Source: a virus
DNA: 64,000 bases
IMG/VR virus record: IMGVR_UViG_3300046674_000532
Reading direction: 5' to 3' (one strand)
In this document: piece by piece, positions 35,733 to 44,988 of the stretch
Numbering within the stretch: the first letter of the stretch is position 1
How the letters are laid out: each line of letters starts with the position of its first letter
The notes under the pieces: generated by a model
Told to the model about the DNA's origin: nothing
The model's input: the letters and a program-made list of their open reading frames with translations, nothing else
Databases searched by the model: none
Made by a program: the position numbers and the translations under genes

Positions 35733-36331
35733 GAGGTGGCTCCGGGAAGGGTCGGCCAGACCGCCTTTTCGATGGCGGCCCGGTGGGTTTTGGGCATGTC
35801 AGTGATCGGGTGGCCGATCCAGTCGCGGCCGGCGGCCATGAGGACGACGGCGTCGGCGGCGTTGTCGTCGCCTCCGGTGGTCCAGGCGGGGAAGCGTCGG
35901 GAGACCTGGTCGATGACGGCTCCCTTGGCGGCGGTGCCCTTGCCGGTGGCGTAGAGAGCGCGCTGGTTGGGGGACAGCAGGCCGACCGGGATGCTGCGTC
36001 GGGTGAGGCGGTTGTAGAGCTGCCACCAGAGCCAGCCGCGTTCGTGGGCGCCTCCTCCGCTGCGGGAGACGGCGGGGAGTTCCATGACGACGAGGTCGGG
36101 GCTGTCGATGGCGGCCAGGATGTTCTCGAGGAGGTTCTGCAGCTCGGTGAGGCGTTGCGGGTGTGGGAGTTGGGTGATGCCGGGGTCCTTGGCACGCTGC
36201 TTCTTGTAGCCGATGACTTCGCACCAGCCGCGGGTGGAGGCGAGGCCTGTGGCGGTGAGGCTGGGGTCGAGGCCGATGACGTGGGGGCCGGGGAGGGTGG
36301 TGGTGAGGGGGGCGGGGGCGGTGATGGTCAC
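35729..36331 (-). CDS. RuvC-like Holliday junction resolvase
   Basis: frame of track ORF 35729..36421; GTG 36331 after GGAGATC; VIGLDPSLTATGLA, VVMELPA, DDNAADAVVL acidic catalytic pattern. Confidence 0.7.
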   Translation of the reverse strand: MTITAPAPLTTTLPGPHVIGLDPSLTATGLASTRGWCEVIGYKKQRAKDPGITQLPHPQRLTELQNLLENILAAIDSPDLVVMELPAVSRSGGGAHERGWLWWQLYNRLTRRSIPVGLLSPNQRALYATGKGTAAKGAVIDQVSRRFPAWTTGGDDNAADAVVLMAAGRDWIGHPITDMPKTHRAAIEKAVWPTLPGATS

Positions 36332-36537
36332 TGGGTGATCTCCTGGAGGGGTTGTCCGTGGCGCAGGTAGGTGGCGTGGCCGGGGCGGTGGCCGAGGTGG
36401 TGGAGGCCGCAGAATTCGCATTCGTACGGTCGGAGTCGGGGGCCGCCGATGCGTCGTATTTGGCGGGCTCGGCGTCGGGCGGTGGCGCGGTCGTAGAACC
36501 GGCTTTTACCGAGGCAGGCGACTTCGTACTCGGTCAC
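36328..36537 (-). CDS. small basic protein
   Basis: ORF track 69 aa; overlaps both neighbours. Confidence 0.55.
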   Translation of the reverse strand: MTEYEVACLGKSRFYDRATARRRARQIRRIGGPRLRPYECEFCGLHHLGHRPGHATYLRHGQPLQEITQ

Positions 36538-37547
36538 CCGGCGGGCACCGGGAAGGCGTCGTGGGTGCGCCCGTCGAGTTCGCGGCCGGCGTTCTTCTTG
36601 CCGACGCGGGCGAGTTCGATGCGGTGGCCGAGGTCATCGACCGGATCTCCAGCGAGGAGGGTGCCCTTGCTGGTGGCGCCGATGACGAGGTAGCCGGTGG
36701 GCGCGTACTCGCCCCACTGCTTGAAGAAGAACGGCACGTCTGCTTCGGCGCACTGGTCGCGCAGTGCCGTGGCCCACTGGGGTGCCATGGGGCGGGCGCT
36801 GCGGCCGGACTCGCCGCCGACGATGACCCAGTCGATGCCGTGGAACTTCTTGCAGCAGTCGCCCGCGTGGACGTAGGAGGTGTTCAGGCCGTGGCCTCGT
36901 TCGCTGCCCATGGTCCGGACGGCATGCTTGAGGTCGACGGGGCCGAGGAGCGGTTCACAGGACAGGAAGCGAACGGCGGCCGGGGTGTCCAGGAGTGCGG
37001 GGATGCGGAGGTCGGCTCGCTTCTGGTCCTCGACGCTGACGCCCAACCAGACGTTCCGGAGCGGCTTGGCGAAGTCACTCCACCACTGCGAGGTCTTCTG
37101 CTCCCGCTCGTACCGCGGCATCGGCGTCGCCTCGTCGTTGACGAGCACGGCCTGGGCCGCCTCGCATGCCAGGCGAAAGTCGCTGCTGTTGAGCAGGGCC
37201 CGCATGCGTCCGTGGCGCTTCGTCAGCACCTGGTACGTGTGCTGGGGGGTGAGCGCCATGACGGCGAAAACGCTGGCGATGTACTCGGTCGGAATGTCCT
37301 TGTGGAACAGGTCGGACATCGAGTTGACGAAGACGCGCTTCGGCTTCCGCCACCGCAGCGGAAGGGTCAGTCGTTCGGGGCGGAGGGTGACATCGAAGCC
37401 GGTCTCGAAGTGGTGGCCGGGGGTGCCGCGCCAGCGTTCGGCGAAGGTCTCGGCGTAGCAGTTGTCGCAGCCGGACGAGACTTTCTCGCAGCCGGTGACG
37501 ACGTTCCAGGTGGCGTCCGTCCATTCGATCTTGCTGGTGTCAGCCAT
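36534..37547 (-). CDS. phage Gp37/Gp68 family protein (DUF5131)
   Basis: ORF track 337 aa; signature N-terminus KIEWTDATWNVVTGCEKVSSGCDNCYAE. Confidence 0.85.
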   Translation of the reverse strand: MADTSKIEWTDATWNVVTGCEKVSSGCDNCYAETFAERWRGTPGHHFETGFDVTLRPERLTLPLRWRKPKRVFVNSMSDLFHKDIPTEYIASVFAVMALTPQHTYQVLTKRHGRMRALLNSSDFRLACEAAQAVLVNDEATPMPRYEREQKTSQWWSDFAKPLRNVWLGVSVEDQKRADLRIPALLDTPAAVRFLSCEPLLGPVDLKHAVRTMGSERGHGLNTSYVHAGDCCKKFHGIDWVIVGGESGRSARPMAPQWATALRDQCAEADVPFFFKQWGEYAPTGYLVIGATSKGTLLAGDPVDDLGHRIELARVGKKNAGRELDGRTHDAFPVPAG

Positions 37548-37764
37548 GGGTCTTCTCCGGGGAGGGTTCAGGGAGTCCGAGGGTCTGGGCGAGGGAGCGG
37601 CGGGCGTTGTGGTCGTTGGCGGGGTTGTTGATCCAGCGGGATACGAGGGCGAGGCGTGCTCGGAGGATGGCGAGGTCGTTCTCGGCGCGGGCGAGCAGGT
37701 CGGGGTGCCTGGCCTGGAGTTGGCCAGCGAGGGTGGCGACGTAGGCCGGGTCTGCGGCGCTCAC
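37540..37764 (-). CDS. hypothetical protein
   Basis: ORF track 74 aa. Confidence 0.55.
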   Translation of the reverse strand: MSAADPAYVATLAGQLQARHPDLLARAENDLAILRARLALVSRWINNPANDHNARRSLAQTLGLPEPSPEKTHG

Positions 37765-38348
37765 GGCTCCGGGTGCTCCTTCGCGGTCTCCTTGTCGGCG
37801 GTCCGGGCGGCGAGGCCATCGGCGATGGCGGCGAGGGGCAGGGGCTGGGTGGAGGTGGTGGTCTTCTTCGCGGCCTGGAGGGCTTCGGCGGCGGTCTGCT
37901 TGGGCGTGTAGTGGCGGGCGTGGCAGTGGGTGGCGCGGGCGGCGGCCATGCGGAGGTCGGCGGGGGTGTGGATGGGGTCGGCGTGGTGGGCGCCCTGGTT
38001 GCAGGGGGTGAAGGCGTGGAAGGGGGCGGCGGACTGGTCGTCGGGCGTGTAGGCGAGGACGGCGCCGGAGGGGAAGGCACGGGCTGCGGTGCCGTCGGGG
38101 CGCTGCTGCCAGTCGCGTACGAGCCCGTGGGGCAGGCCGTGAACTTTGGCGGCGTGGTAGGCGGCGAGTTGGAGTTCGGTGATGAACTCGGTGGTGCGGA
38201 CGGGGAGCGGGGGCGTCGGCTTGACGAGGGAGAGGGCGGCCGCGGTCTTGCGCGGGGCGCGGGTGCGCTTGGCGGTCGGTTTCTTGGCCTGGGTCTTCTT
38301 CGCTGCGGTCTTGGCGGGGGTGCTGCTGGTGCGTGCCCTGGTGGTCAT
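37761..38348 (-). CDS. protein with Lys/Ala/Thr-rich basic N-terminal tail
   Basis: ORF track 195 aa; MTTRARTSSTPAKTAAKKTQAKKPTAKRTRAPRKTAA... Confidence 0.6.
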   Translation of the reverse strand: MTTRARTSSTPAKTAAKKTQAKKPTAKRTRAPRKTAAALSLVKPTPPLPVRTTEFITELQLAAYHAAKVHGLPHGLVRDWQQRPDGTAARAFPSGAVLAYTPDDQSAAPFHAFTPCNQGAHHADPIHTPADLRMAAARATHCHARHYTPKQTAAEALQAAKKTTTSTQPLPLAAIADGLAARTADKETAKEHPEP

Positions 38349-38473
38349 GCCTGTTCTCCGTCCTGCGGATGCTGGTGCTGTTCGGTGGTGCTCCGGTGGT
38401 TGTGCTGGTGGTGGGTGATGAGGAGTGCGAAGGCGGTGAGGACGGCGGCGGCGATGCCGTCCGGCCAGGTCAC
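38345..38473 (-). CDS. single-TM His/Gln-rich micro-protein (42 aa)
   Basis: 3' end of track ORF 38345..38800; GTG 38473 (GTGA overlap); VTWPDGIAAAVLTAFALLITHHQHNH... Confidence 0.4.
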   Translation of the reverse strand: MTWPDGIAAAVLTAFALLITHHQHNHRSTTEQHQHPQDGEQA

Positions 38474-39165
38474 TGCGTGGATTCCTTGGCCGGCGTGAGG
38501 GTGAGCGGCCGCAGTTTGGTGCGGTTGGCGACGAGGTTCTTGAACCCGGTGGTGTCCTGCGGGGTGTAGTCGTCGGCGTAGGTGGCGGTGGTGTAGCCGC
38601 CCCAGGTGTCGCCGCGCATGAGGGGGGAGGGGTTGGTGGTCCAGGTGTTGGGGTGGGTGAGGCCGAAGGAGTGGCCGAGTTCGTGGGAGATGACCTTGCG
38701 GCGGTAGATCTCGTGCTGGCCGTTGACGATCTGGGTGGTCCAGTTGCCGAGGGCGATGCTGGCGCGGGAGCCGTCGGCGGCGCCGGTGGCGGTGTGGCAC
38801 TGGGATGCGTTGGACCTGGTCACGGTGGACGTCAGCCGCATGATGATGGTGTGGCTGGTCGGGCAGGCCGTGGCGCCCTTGGAGATGGTGGTGGTGACGG
38901 TGACCGTCAGGCCGGTGGCTGCCTTCACGTGGGCGGCGGTCAGCTTCGCGTACGCGGTGAGCTTCGTCCGGGATGTGCTGTCGTAGAAGACGATCGTCCA
39001 GGGCTTGCTGTCGAGGTAGCGGACGCCGTTGCCGTCGCCGATGTTCCAGCCGGTTCCCTCGTAGACCTGGTAGAGGCCCGCGCCGTGGGCACGCCCGGGG
39101 GCGGCAACCACGGCGGAGGCGGCCAGGGTGAGGGCGAACGCCGCGCTGGCTATTCGGGTTCTCAT
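38470..39165 (-). CDS. secreted zinc metalloprotease (metzincin-type HExxHxxGxxH)
   Basis: frame of track ORF 38470..39195; ATG 39165; signal peptide MRTRIASAAFALTLAASAVVAAPGRAHG; HELGHSFGLTH motif. Confidence 0.7.
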   Translation of the reverse strand: MRTRIASAAFALTLAASAVVAAPGRAHGAGLYQVYEGTGWNIGDGNGVRYLDSKPWTIVFYDSTSRTKLTAYAKLTAAHVKAATGLTVTVTTTISKGATACPTSHTIIMRLTSTVTRSNASQCHTATGAADGSRASIALGNWTTQIVNGQHEIYRRKVISHELGHSFGLTHPNTWTTNPSPLMRGDTWGGYTTATYADDYTPQDTTGFKNLVANRTKLRPLTLTPAKESTQ

Positions 39166-39458
39166 GCGGGTCGTCCGTTCTTCCGGGCCCACCACTTCTG
39201 GGCCTTGTCGGTCTGGGTGGTCTTGTCGGCGAGGTGGGACTGCATGACCTCCAGGGCGGCGCGTCCGTAGCCGGCGGCGTACATCCGTTCCGGGAGGGTG
39301 GAGGTGGGGGTGATGAAGTCGAGGGCGAGGGTGGCGTTGACTCGGACGGTGTCGGGCTGGTGGTGCTGGGCGTCGTCGTAGGCGTCGGCGCGGCCGCGGG
39401 CGAAGTCGGGGTTGGTGGAGAACGGGGGCGGTCCGGGGGCGATGTCGGTGATCGTCAT
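39162..39458 (-). CDS. hypothetical protein
   Basis: ORF track 98 aa. Confidence 0.6.
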   Translation of the reverse strand: MTITDIAPGPPPFSTNPDFARGRADAYDDAQHHQPDTVRVNATLALDFITPTSTLPERMYAAGYGRAALEVMQSHLADKTTQTDKAQKWWARKNGRPA

Positions 39459-39496
39459 GGCGGTGGGGATCCGTTTCGTGTCAGGGGGCGGTGGGG

Positions 39497-39820
39497 TCAG
39501 GCGACGGATTCGGTGATGTCCGGGTGGATGGGCTCTTCGGTGAGGGCCAGGGCGTGGACCAGGACCGGGGTGCGGGAGCCGTCGGAGCGGGGCTCGGTGT
39601 GGGTGCGCAGCGTCCAGAGGGTGACGCCGAGGCTGGCGCGTTCGCGGGTGATGTAGCCGCCGCAGGCGGTCAGCCAGGCCTGCAGGTGCTGGATGTCGTC
39701 GGTGAAGATGTGGGCGGCGTCGTTGCGGGCGATGAGGCGGCCGATGGGCAGGCCGTGCAGGTCGGCGGTGACGAGGGCCGCTGTGGTGGGGTCTGTGCTG
39801 GTGCGTGCGGTGGTGGCCAT
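39497..39820 (-). CDS. hypothetical protein
   Basis: frame of track ORF 39497..40273; ATG 39820 after GGGGAGC. Confidence 0.6.
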   Translation of the reverse strand: MATTARTSTDPTTAALVTADLHGLPIGRLIARNDAAHIFTDDIQHLQAWLTACGGYITRERASLGVTLWTLRTHTEPRSDGSRTPVLVHALALTEEPIHPDITESVA

Positions 39821-39912
39821 GTGGTGCTCCCCTGCTGGCGGTTCGGTGGTGGTTGTGGTCCCGCCCGGCCGGGGCCTTGTGGTCATCCGCGGCCGGGCGG
39901 GGAATCTGTGGG

Positions 39913-40278
39913 TCAGTCGAGGTCCGGGGCGGGGTGCCGGTCGGCGCACAGGGGGCATTGGCGGATCGGCAGGTTGAAGCCGTTGGACTCTTCGATGGTT
40001 CGGGCGTCGGGGTCGGCGTTGTCGAAGACGGCCGGGCAGACGCAGGTGCACTTGCAGGGGAGGACTTCGCCGCCGTACTCGATGTGGAGGCCGGCGAGCG
40101 CGGCGACGCCGAGCATCAGGGAGTTGTATTCGCCTGCGTCGCTGGTGTCGTCGGCGCGCTGGAGGAGCTGGTCGAGGCGGTTCTGCTGGGTGGCGGTGAG
40201 GTCGCGGTAGTCGACGCTGGTGGGCGTCTTTCGGGCGTGCGTCATCAGGGCCACGGGGTCTCCTGGGGTGCAAGTCAC
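39913..40278 (-). CDS. Cys-rich hypothetical protein, first gene downstream of motif copy 4
   Basis: ORF track 121 aa; GTG 40278, alt ATG 40245. Confidence 0.55.
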   Translation of the reverse strand: MTCTPGDPVALMTHARKTPTSVDYRDLTATQQNRLDQLLQRADDTSDAGEYNSLMLGVAALAGLHIEYGGEVLPCKCTCVCPAVFDNADPDARTIEESNGFNLPIRQCPLCADRHPAPDLD

Positions 40279-40320
40279 GTCGTCAGACCGGGTTTTGGGT
40301 GGTCTGTCGTTGTCGGCTTA

Positions 40321-40356
40321 ATCACCGTACCCGTTCAGGCATGGCAGTGCAATGCC
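40321..40356 (-). promoter_or_regulatory. promoter-operator motif copy 4
   Basis: minus-strand reading GGCATTGCACTGCCATGCCTGAACGGGTACGGTGAT; -35 TTGCAC (40347-52), 17-nt spacer, -10 TACGGT (40324-29). Confidence 0.65.
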
Positions 40357-40434
40357 CACGCTGTGCGGGCATGAGAAAGGCCCCGCCCCGGAAGTTCGGG
40401 TGCAGGGCCTGTGGGGGTGCGGACAGTGGGCCGG

Positions 40435-40662
40435 TCAGTCCGGGTACAGCTCGGCATGGACGTCGAGGAGGTCGCTCCACGACGCGTAGTCGGTCCGGCC
40501 GCACCGGATGATTTCCACGGGATCCGGCTTGTGGGCCAGGGCGTGCTTCTTCAGGGTCCGCGGGGCGACCGGGCGGCCCGTCTCCTCGAGGAGGTCACAG
40601 GCCTCGCGGAGGCTGACGAGGTCCGACGTGGCGGCGTAGGGACTCGGGTTGGCGATGGCCAT
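40435..40662 (-). CDS. small HTH protein (excisionase/AlpA-like)
   Basis: ORF track 75 aa; SDLVSLREACDLLEETGRPVAPRTLKKH pattern. Confidence 0.5.
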   Translation of the reverse strand: MAIANPSPYAATSDLVSLREACDLLEETGRPVAPRTLKKHALAHKPDPVEIIRCGRTDYASWSDLLDVHAELYPD

Positions 40663-40788
40663 GGCGGTGCTCCCATGTACGGCGGGCCATCGTTCGCAGC
40701 TCCGGCGGCCGGACGGGGTGGACCTTGCGGGTCCAGTTGTGATGAAACCGTGTGCAGGTGTTGGAGTGCTAGACCCGCGTACCCCCGA

Positions 40789-41349
40789 TTAGGTTGCACG
40801 CACCTGGCGAGAATTTTTTTGTCCTACAACGTGGTGGTAGGCGAGCTGTGCGAGCGTCCAGGCGTTGGTCATACCGTCCTCGTCGCGGCACCGGGTGTGG
40901 GTGCATACCGCGCGCTCCCGGCCGTGGTCCCACCTCAGACCGAACGTGCGGCAGGCGGGGCAGCGGTGGGGCGGGATGACGCCGGTGTCGCCCATGGTGA
41001 TGGCGAACTCCAGGGCCTGGCGGAACACGACGGTGGCGCGGCGCTGCACCTGGGCGTCCGTGGCGTTCTCGGTGTTGGCGATGTACCAGTCGTAGACGGC
41101 GTCGATCTGGCTGGGCCGCGGTTCGGCGGCCGGGTTCACGGCCTCCACGTGGTGTACGACCTCGTTGACGGAGTCGGTGATCTGGTCGACGACGCGGAGG
41201 TTCACGGGGGCGCCGCCGTCCGTGCGGGTGCCTCGGGGTTCGGAGCTGATGTAGGAGTGGCCGTCGGGTCCGGTGACAGGGCGCTGCAGGAAGTGCTGGT
41301 GCATCTGCCGCAGGCGGGTTGCTGCAATGTTCTCGTGTCCGTTGCCCAT
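40789..41349 (-). CDS. hypothetical protein with Cys cluster; A/T-ending codons at 3' end
   Basis: frame of track ORF 40789..41532; ATG 41349; last codons GTT GTA GGA CAA AAA AAT TCT are atypical for this DNA. Confidence 0.55.
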   Translation of the reverse strand: MGNGHENIAATRLRQMHQHFLQRPVTGPDGHSYISSEPRGTRTDGGAPVNLRVVDQITDSVNEVVHHVEAVNPAAEPRPSQIDAVYDWYIANTENATDAQVQRRATVVFRQALEFAITMGDTGVIPPHRCPACRTFGLRWDHGRERAVCTHTRCRDEDGMTNAWTLAQLAYHHVVGQKNSRQVRAT

Positions 41350-41602
41350 GGTGACCCCGTCCCGTAGGGCGGCCCCGGGGGAGCGCGGGACGTCCATGCA
41401 TGGCGGGGCGCGCGCCGGGGGCCGGAAGTGCGAACTCCGGGTGATTCCGGACGCCCCACTATGGCACGTGGGTGGCTGGAGTTGAACAGATCGTCGCAGT
41501 TGATCAACGCTGTGTGGTGGGCGGTTGCACAACGGCCCACGTCAACGGGCATGATCCGCCCGGCTCTTATCAACACAACGTCTTACAAGGGTCGCTTTGT
41601 CG

Positions 41603-42004
41603 TCATTCCTCGGCGATGATCTCGGGTGCCTGACGCATCCCCTGGAACAGTTCGCCGAGCTTTCCCCGCTGCGCCTCGTCGATGATTCCCTCCGCGTGCG
41701 CGCCCTCGAGCATCCCCGTCACGATCTGCAGGGTGGTGTCGTAGGCGCGGGCGGTCCGGACGTCGGTCAGGGACAGCCGGTGCGCGTTGAACGTGATCTC
41801 GACGTGCTCGGCCAAATCGTGCATCGTGCGGGCACTGCTCTGGTGGGCGCTGTTCGCGTGGGAGTTGTTCACGTCCCGATGCCACCGCCCCCCGGGGCCA
41901 GTCCCGCTGCTCCTGCTCCCGCCGTGCTTCCTGAAGTCAATTACGGCCGCCTCGCCCTGCCCGTTCACTGCGGGCGTGGGGCGAACCGGTTCTGCTGCGG
42001 ACAT
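41603..42004 (-). CDS. hypothetical protein
   Basis: ORF track 133 aa. Confidence 0.55.
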   Translation of the reverse strand: MSAAEPVRPTPAVNGQGEAAVIDFRKHGGSRSSGTGPGGRWHRDVNNSHANSAHQSSARTMHDLAEHVEITFNAHRLSLTDVRTARAYDTTLQIVTGMLEGAHAEGIIDEAQRGKLGELFQGMRQAPEIIAEE

Positions 42005-42176
42005 GGGGCGTCTCCGCTCCTCCGGCAGATATCGGGAAGGGTCTCGTGCAGCACGGCCTTGGGCCGCGCCCCGTCCCGCGTCACGGCTGCCAGTCCGAAC
42101 CGCGGGAAGCCCACTGTGGCACCACTACCGGCGTGGCGGGTAGGACAGATGCAGATTTCACCGATCATTGCGGCGC

Positions 42177-42277
42177 GACGTGTACAGATCCGGCCTGATC
42201 ACTCACGGGCCGCCACCGTTCCGGCCATTCCGGCGAGTTGACGTGTAAGGCCCCGCCAGGGGGTGGGGTGACGTGTT
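42177..42277 (+). repeat. three GACGTGT(A/T) direct repeats in a non-coding stretch
   Basis: GACGTGTA at 42177 and 42240, GACGTGTT at 42270; also TTCCGGC x2 at about 42219-42235. Confidence 0.3.
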
Positions 42278-42665
42278 TTGCCGACAACGACTCCCGCAGG
42301 CCGGCGGGGCCTCGAGACCTCACGGGCATGCCCGCCAGATGACGGTGATTGTAGTCGCGCTATGTGCACGAAGGGGAGTGGCTTGCCCCGGCGGAAATCC
42401 CGCCTGGGGCATGACGGTACAAGGTGGGGCTGGTGCCGGGCTGGGGTGGCTGGCCGCCCTGACCGAGGTGAGGCACTGGAGGGCTGCGATCCACACAGGC
42501 CCTGCCCGGCCGGGCGGCCGGCCCTCCCAACGCGTGGGGGGTCGGCGCACCCTAGCCAACCTGCAGTGATTGCCTGAGGCAAGAGATTGGTAAGAGGCTC
42601 ACACGATCGACGGACGAAAAACCCCGACAACACTCGCAAACACGACCGAATTTTGTCGGTGTACA

Positions 42666-42707
42666 CCGCTGGCCCCGCTCCGGATGTAACCGGAACGGGG
42701 CCAGCGG
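42666..42707. terminator. strong stem-loop downstream of parB
   Basis: CCGCTGGCCCCGCTCCGG atgtaa CCGGAACGGGGCCAGCGG, 18-bp stem with one mismatch; 18 nt beyond the parB stop. Confidence 0.65.
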
Positions 42708-42724
42708 TCTGTCTTCCCGGCGGG

Positions 42725-43828
42725 CTATACCGAGGGAACCTCCAGTCCAGCGCTGTCCGCGTACTCGTTCATCACACGCAGCGCCTTCACAAACGCACCC
42801 GTCGGCATCTTCCGGATGAGGTGCTGTGCAACGAAGTTCCCGTCGTCGTAGGGCAGGGTCCGCGGCGCAGGGTCCCCGCCGTCCTCGGCCTGCTGGACGG
42901 TCCGCGGTTCAGGGATCGGCTGCTCCGCCAGCACCACCGCGGGCGCATGGAGGTCCGGTGCGGTCTCCGGGACCGGAGCAGGGCCCGGCATCGGATCGGC
43001 ACCTGCTGGCTTGGACTTGGAGACGTCCGGAATTATCACGCCGTGATATTCGGCGGGCCCGGCCGAGCGTTCCGGCGCCGGGTATGGCGCGGGTTGCGGC
43101 GAAGCCGACCGGGCGGCCGCCTGGCTTTGAGCGGCTTCGGCGCGCGCGTCGGCCTTCTCAACCTGCTCCTGCGGGGTCAGCTTCCCGAGGTTGCGGACGT
43201 GCTCCACCCTGCGTGCACCGGTGACGAGGTCCTTCTGCAGCTCGGGGGTGAGCTTCAGCAGGGACAGCTTGGTGGAGAGCGTGGCCTGCGGGATCCCGAG
43301 CCGTTTCGCGGCCTTGAGCTGGGACCCGTAGTGGTCCACCAACTGCTTGAGCGCGTGGGCCTCCTCGAGGTCCGTCATGTCGTCGCGGTGGTAATTCGCG
43401 ATGAACGCGGCCTCGAGGAGGGTCTCGTCGGTGGCCAGCCGCGAGTTGTCGACCCTGACCGGGATGGTGGCCAGTCCGACGCGGCGGGAGGCCTCGAGGC
43501 GTCGGTGGCCGTCGATGACGACGTACTGGGCTCCGTCGTCGATGTCGTCGGCGCGGGCGGCCCGGTCACGGAGATAGGCCTCTGTCGTTCCGACGACGAT
43601 GGGCAGGATGATGCCGACCTGGCGGACGGACTCCACGGTCTCGTCGAGGTTGCGGAGGTGGTTGCGCGGGTTGTCGGGGTTGTCGCTGATCAGCGTGACG
43701 GGCAGTTCGGTGATGGCCGCGGTCGCTGCCGCGTCCCCTCCTATGGCGCTGTTGATGGCGTCGCGCCGTGGGCTGCGCCGGGCCGCGGCGAAGGCGGGCG
43801 CCGGGCCGAGGGTGTCGGCCTTGCTCAT
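42725..43828 (-). CDS. parB: ParB/Spo0J-type partition protein
   Basis: ORF track 367 aa; LISDNPDNPRNHL, VVIDGHRRLEASRRVGLATIPV and the HTH region are canonical ParB boxes; start overlaps parA stop. Confidence 0.9.
   Translation of the reverse strand: MSKADTLGPAPAFAAARRSPRRDAINSAIGGDAAATAAITELPVTLISDNPDNPRNHLRNLDETVESVRQVGIILPIVVGTTEAYLRDRAARADDIDDGAQYVVIDGHRRLEASRRVGLATIPVRVDNSRLATDETLLEAAFIANYHRDDMTDLEEAHALKQLVDHYGSQLKAAKRLGIPQATLSTKLSLLKLTPELQKDLVTGARRVEHVRNLGKLTPQEQVEKADARAEAAQSQAAARSASPQPAPYPAPERSAGPAEYHGVIIPDVSKSKPAGADPMPGPAPVPETAPDLHAPAVVLAEQPIPEPRTVQQAEDGGDPAPRTLPYDDGNFVAQHLIRKMPTGAFVKALRVMNEYADSAGLEVPSV
43031..43050. repeat. parS-like palindrome copy 1 (inside parB 3' region)
   Basis: AATTATCACGCCGTGATATT; core TATCACGSCGTGATA. 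Confidence 0.55.
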
Positions 43829-44988
43829 CGGGTGGCCCCCTTCGCGACCTGCCGCATGGCCTCCGCCTGGTCGGACAGGGGTGCGTACGACAGCAGCGGC
43901 ATCCGCTTGCGGACCGCTTCCCGCTGTTCCTTCAGATCACCGATGACGGCCAGGACTCTCGGGTCACCGATGGCCTTCCAGCTATCCAGGGAGGAGGTGG
44001 CGACGTAACCGCGGCGCGAGTCGTACAAATTGACGACCAGGCCGAGGTAGTCGACGTCCAGGCTGAGGTCTTCGCACAGGGCTTCGATCTGCTGGTCGAG
44101 CATGCTGTACGCGGTGGCGGAGGAGTCCTCGGCGAGGACGGGAATGATGACGCCGGACTTGCCCTTGGCCTCGTTGCGGCGGCGGCGCGCGTAGTAGAGG
44201 GCGGCGTCCATGGCGATGCCGAGGCTGGGCGGGCAGTCCACGACGATGACGTCGTAGTCGGCCTCGAGGGGACGAAGTGCCATCTCCAGGGCGACTTCCT
44301 TCTGGAAGCCTCGCTTGTTCGCGGACAGGACGGCGATCCTCGAGTCGAGGAGGAATCCGTCGAAGCAGGCGGGCAGTACGTGCAGTCGCTTCTCGAACCG
44401 CGGATCGTCTATGACCACGACCAGGTCGCGGAGGTCTCCCTTGTCCTCGCCGCACATGTGGGAGACGAGGCTGTCGTGGTCGGGTGCGATCTGCAGGACA
44501 CCGAGTTGCTCGCTGAGGTGGCCTTGCGGGTCGTAGTCGACGAGCAGGACGCGCTTGCCCTGCTCGGCGTACGCCTGGGCGACGCCGGCGGAGATGGCGG
44601 TCTTGCCGACGCCGCCCTTCTGGTTGCAGACGACCTTGCGTTCGGCTTCTTCGTCCTGGGCGCCGTGCTGCGGGGAAGGGTTGGCGTCCAGCCACATCCG
44701 GACCGACTGCGCGAGGCCCTGGGTGTAGGAGACGGAGCGTTCGGTGCAGGCGTCCTTGAACGCGTCGTACTGGCCGGACGGGAGCCATGTGGAGAACGAG
44801 CGGGCGCCGGCCGTGTCGATGTCCGGGCTGATGCCGGGTTCGGCGCGCCATTGGGCGATGCCCGCGGTGACGGCGTCCTGGATGTCCAGGCCGAGCTCGG
44901 CGGCGCGGACCTTGAGTGCTTGTTGGAGCGCCGAGGGCAGCTTCGACGCTACCTTTTCCCGGTCTCCTTGGAGATATGGAGAGGCCAT
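43825..44988 (-). CDS. parA: ParA partition ATPase with about 125-aa N-terminal extension
   Basis: ORF track 387 aa; deviant Walker A VVCNQKGGVGKTA, LLVDYDPQGH. Confidence 0.9.
   Translation of the reverse strand: MASPYLQGDREKVASKLPSALQQALKVRAAELGLDIQDAVTAGIAQWRAEPGISPDIDTAGARSFSTWLPSGQYDAFKDACTERSVSYTQGLAQSVRMWLDANPSPQHGAQDEEAERKVVCNQKGGVGKTAISAGVAQAYAEQGKRVLLVDYDPQGHLSEQLGVLQIAPDHDSLVSHMCGEDKGDLRDLVVVIDDPRFEKRLHVLPACFDGFLLDSRIAVLSANKRGFQKEVALEMALRPLEADYDVIVVDCPPSLGIAMDAALYYARRRRNEAKGKSGVIIPVLAEDSSATAYSMLDQQIEALCEDLSLDVDYLGLVVNLYDSRRGYVATSSLDSWKAIGDPRVLAVIGDLKEQREAVRKRMPLLSYAPLSDQAEAMRQVAKGATR

Noticed and set aside
34129-36195. Single 688-aa ORF in the track
   Set aside because: Only the last 309 aa (from ATG 35058) look like protein. 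The upstream 380 aa are P/R/A-rich and overlap the WhiB-like and RuvC-like genes, which lie in other frames and have clear motifs.
42199-42666. 155-aa minus-strand ORF, and overlapping ~98-99-aa plus-strand ORFs, in the region next to parB
   Set aside because: Arg/Pro/Ser-rich, no GC3 periodicity, no RBS. The region is treated as non-coding (see finding).
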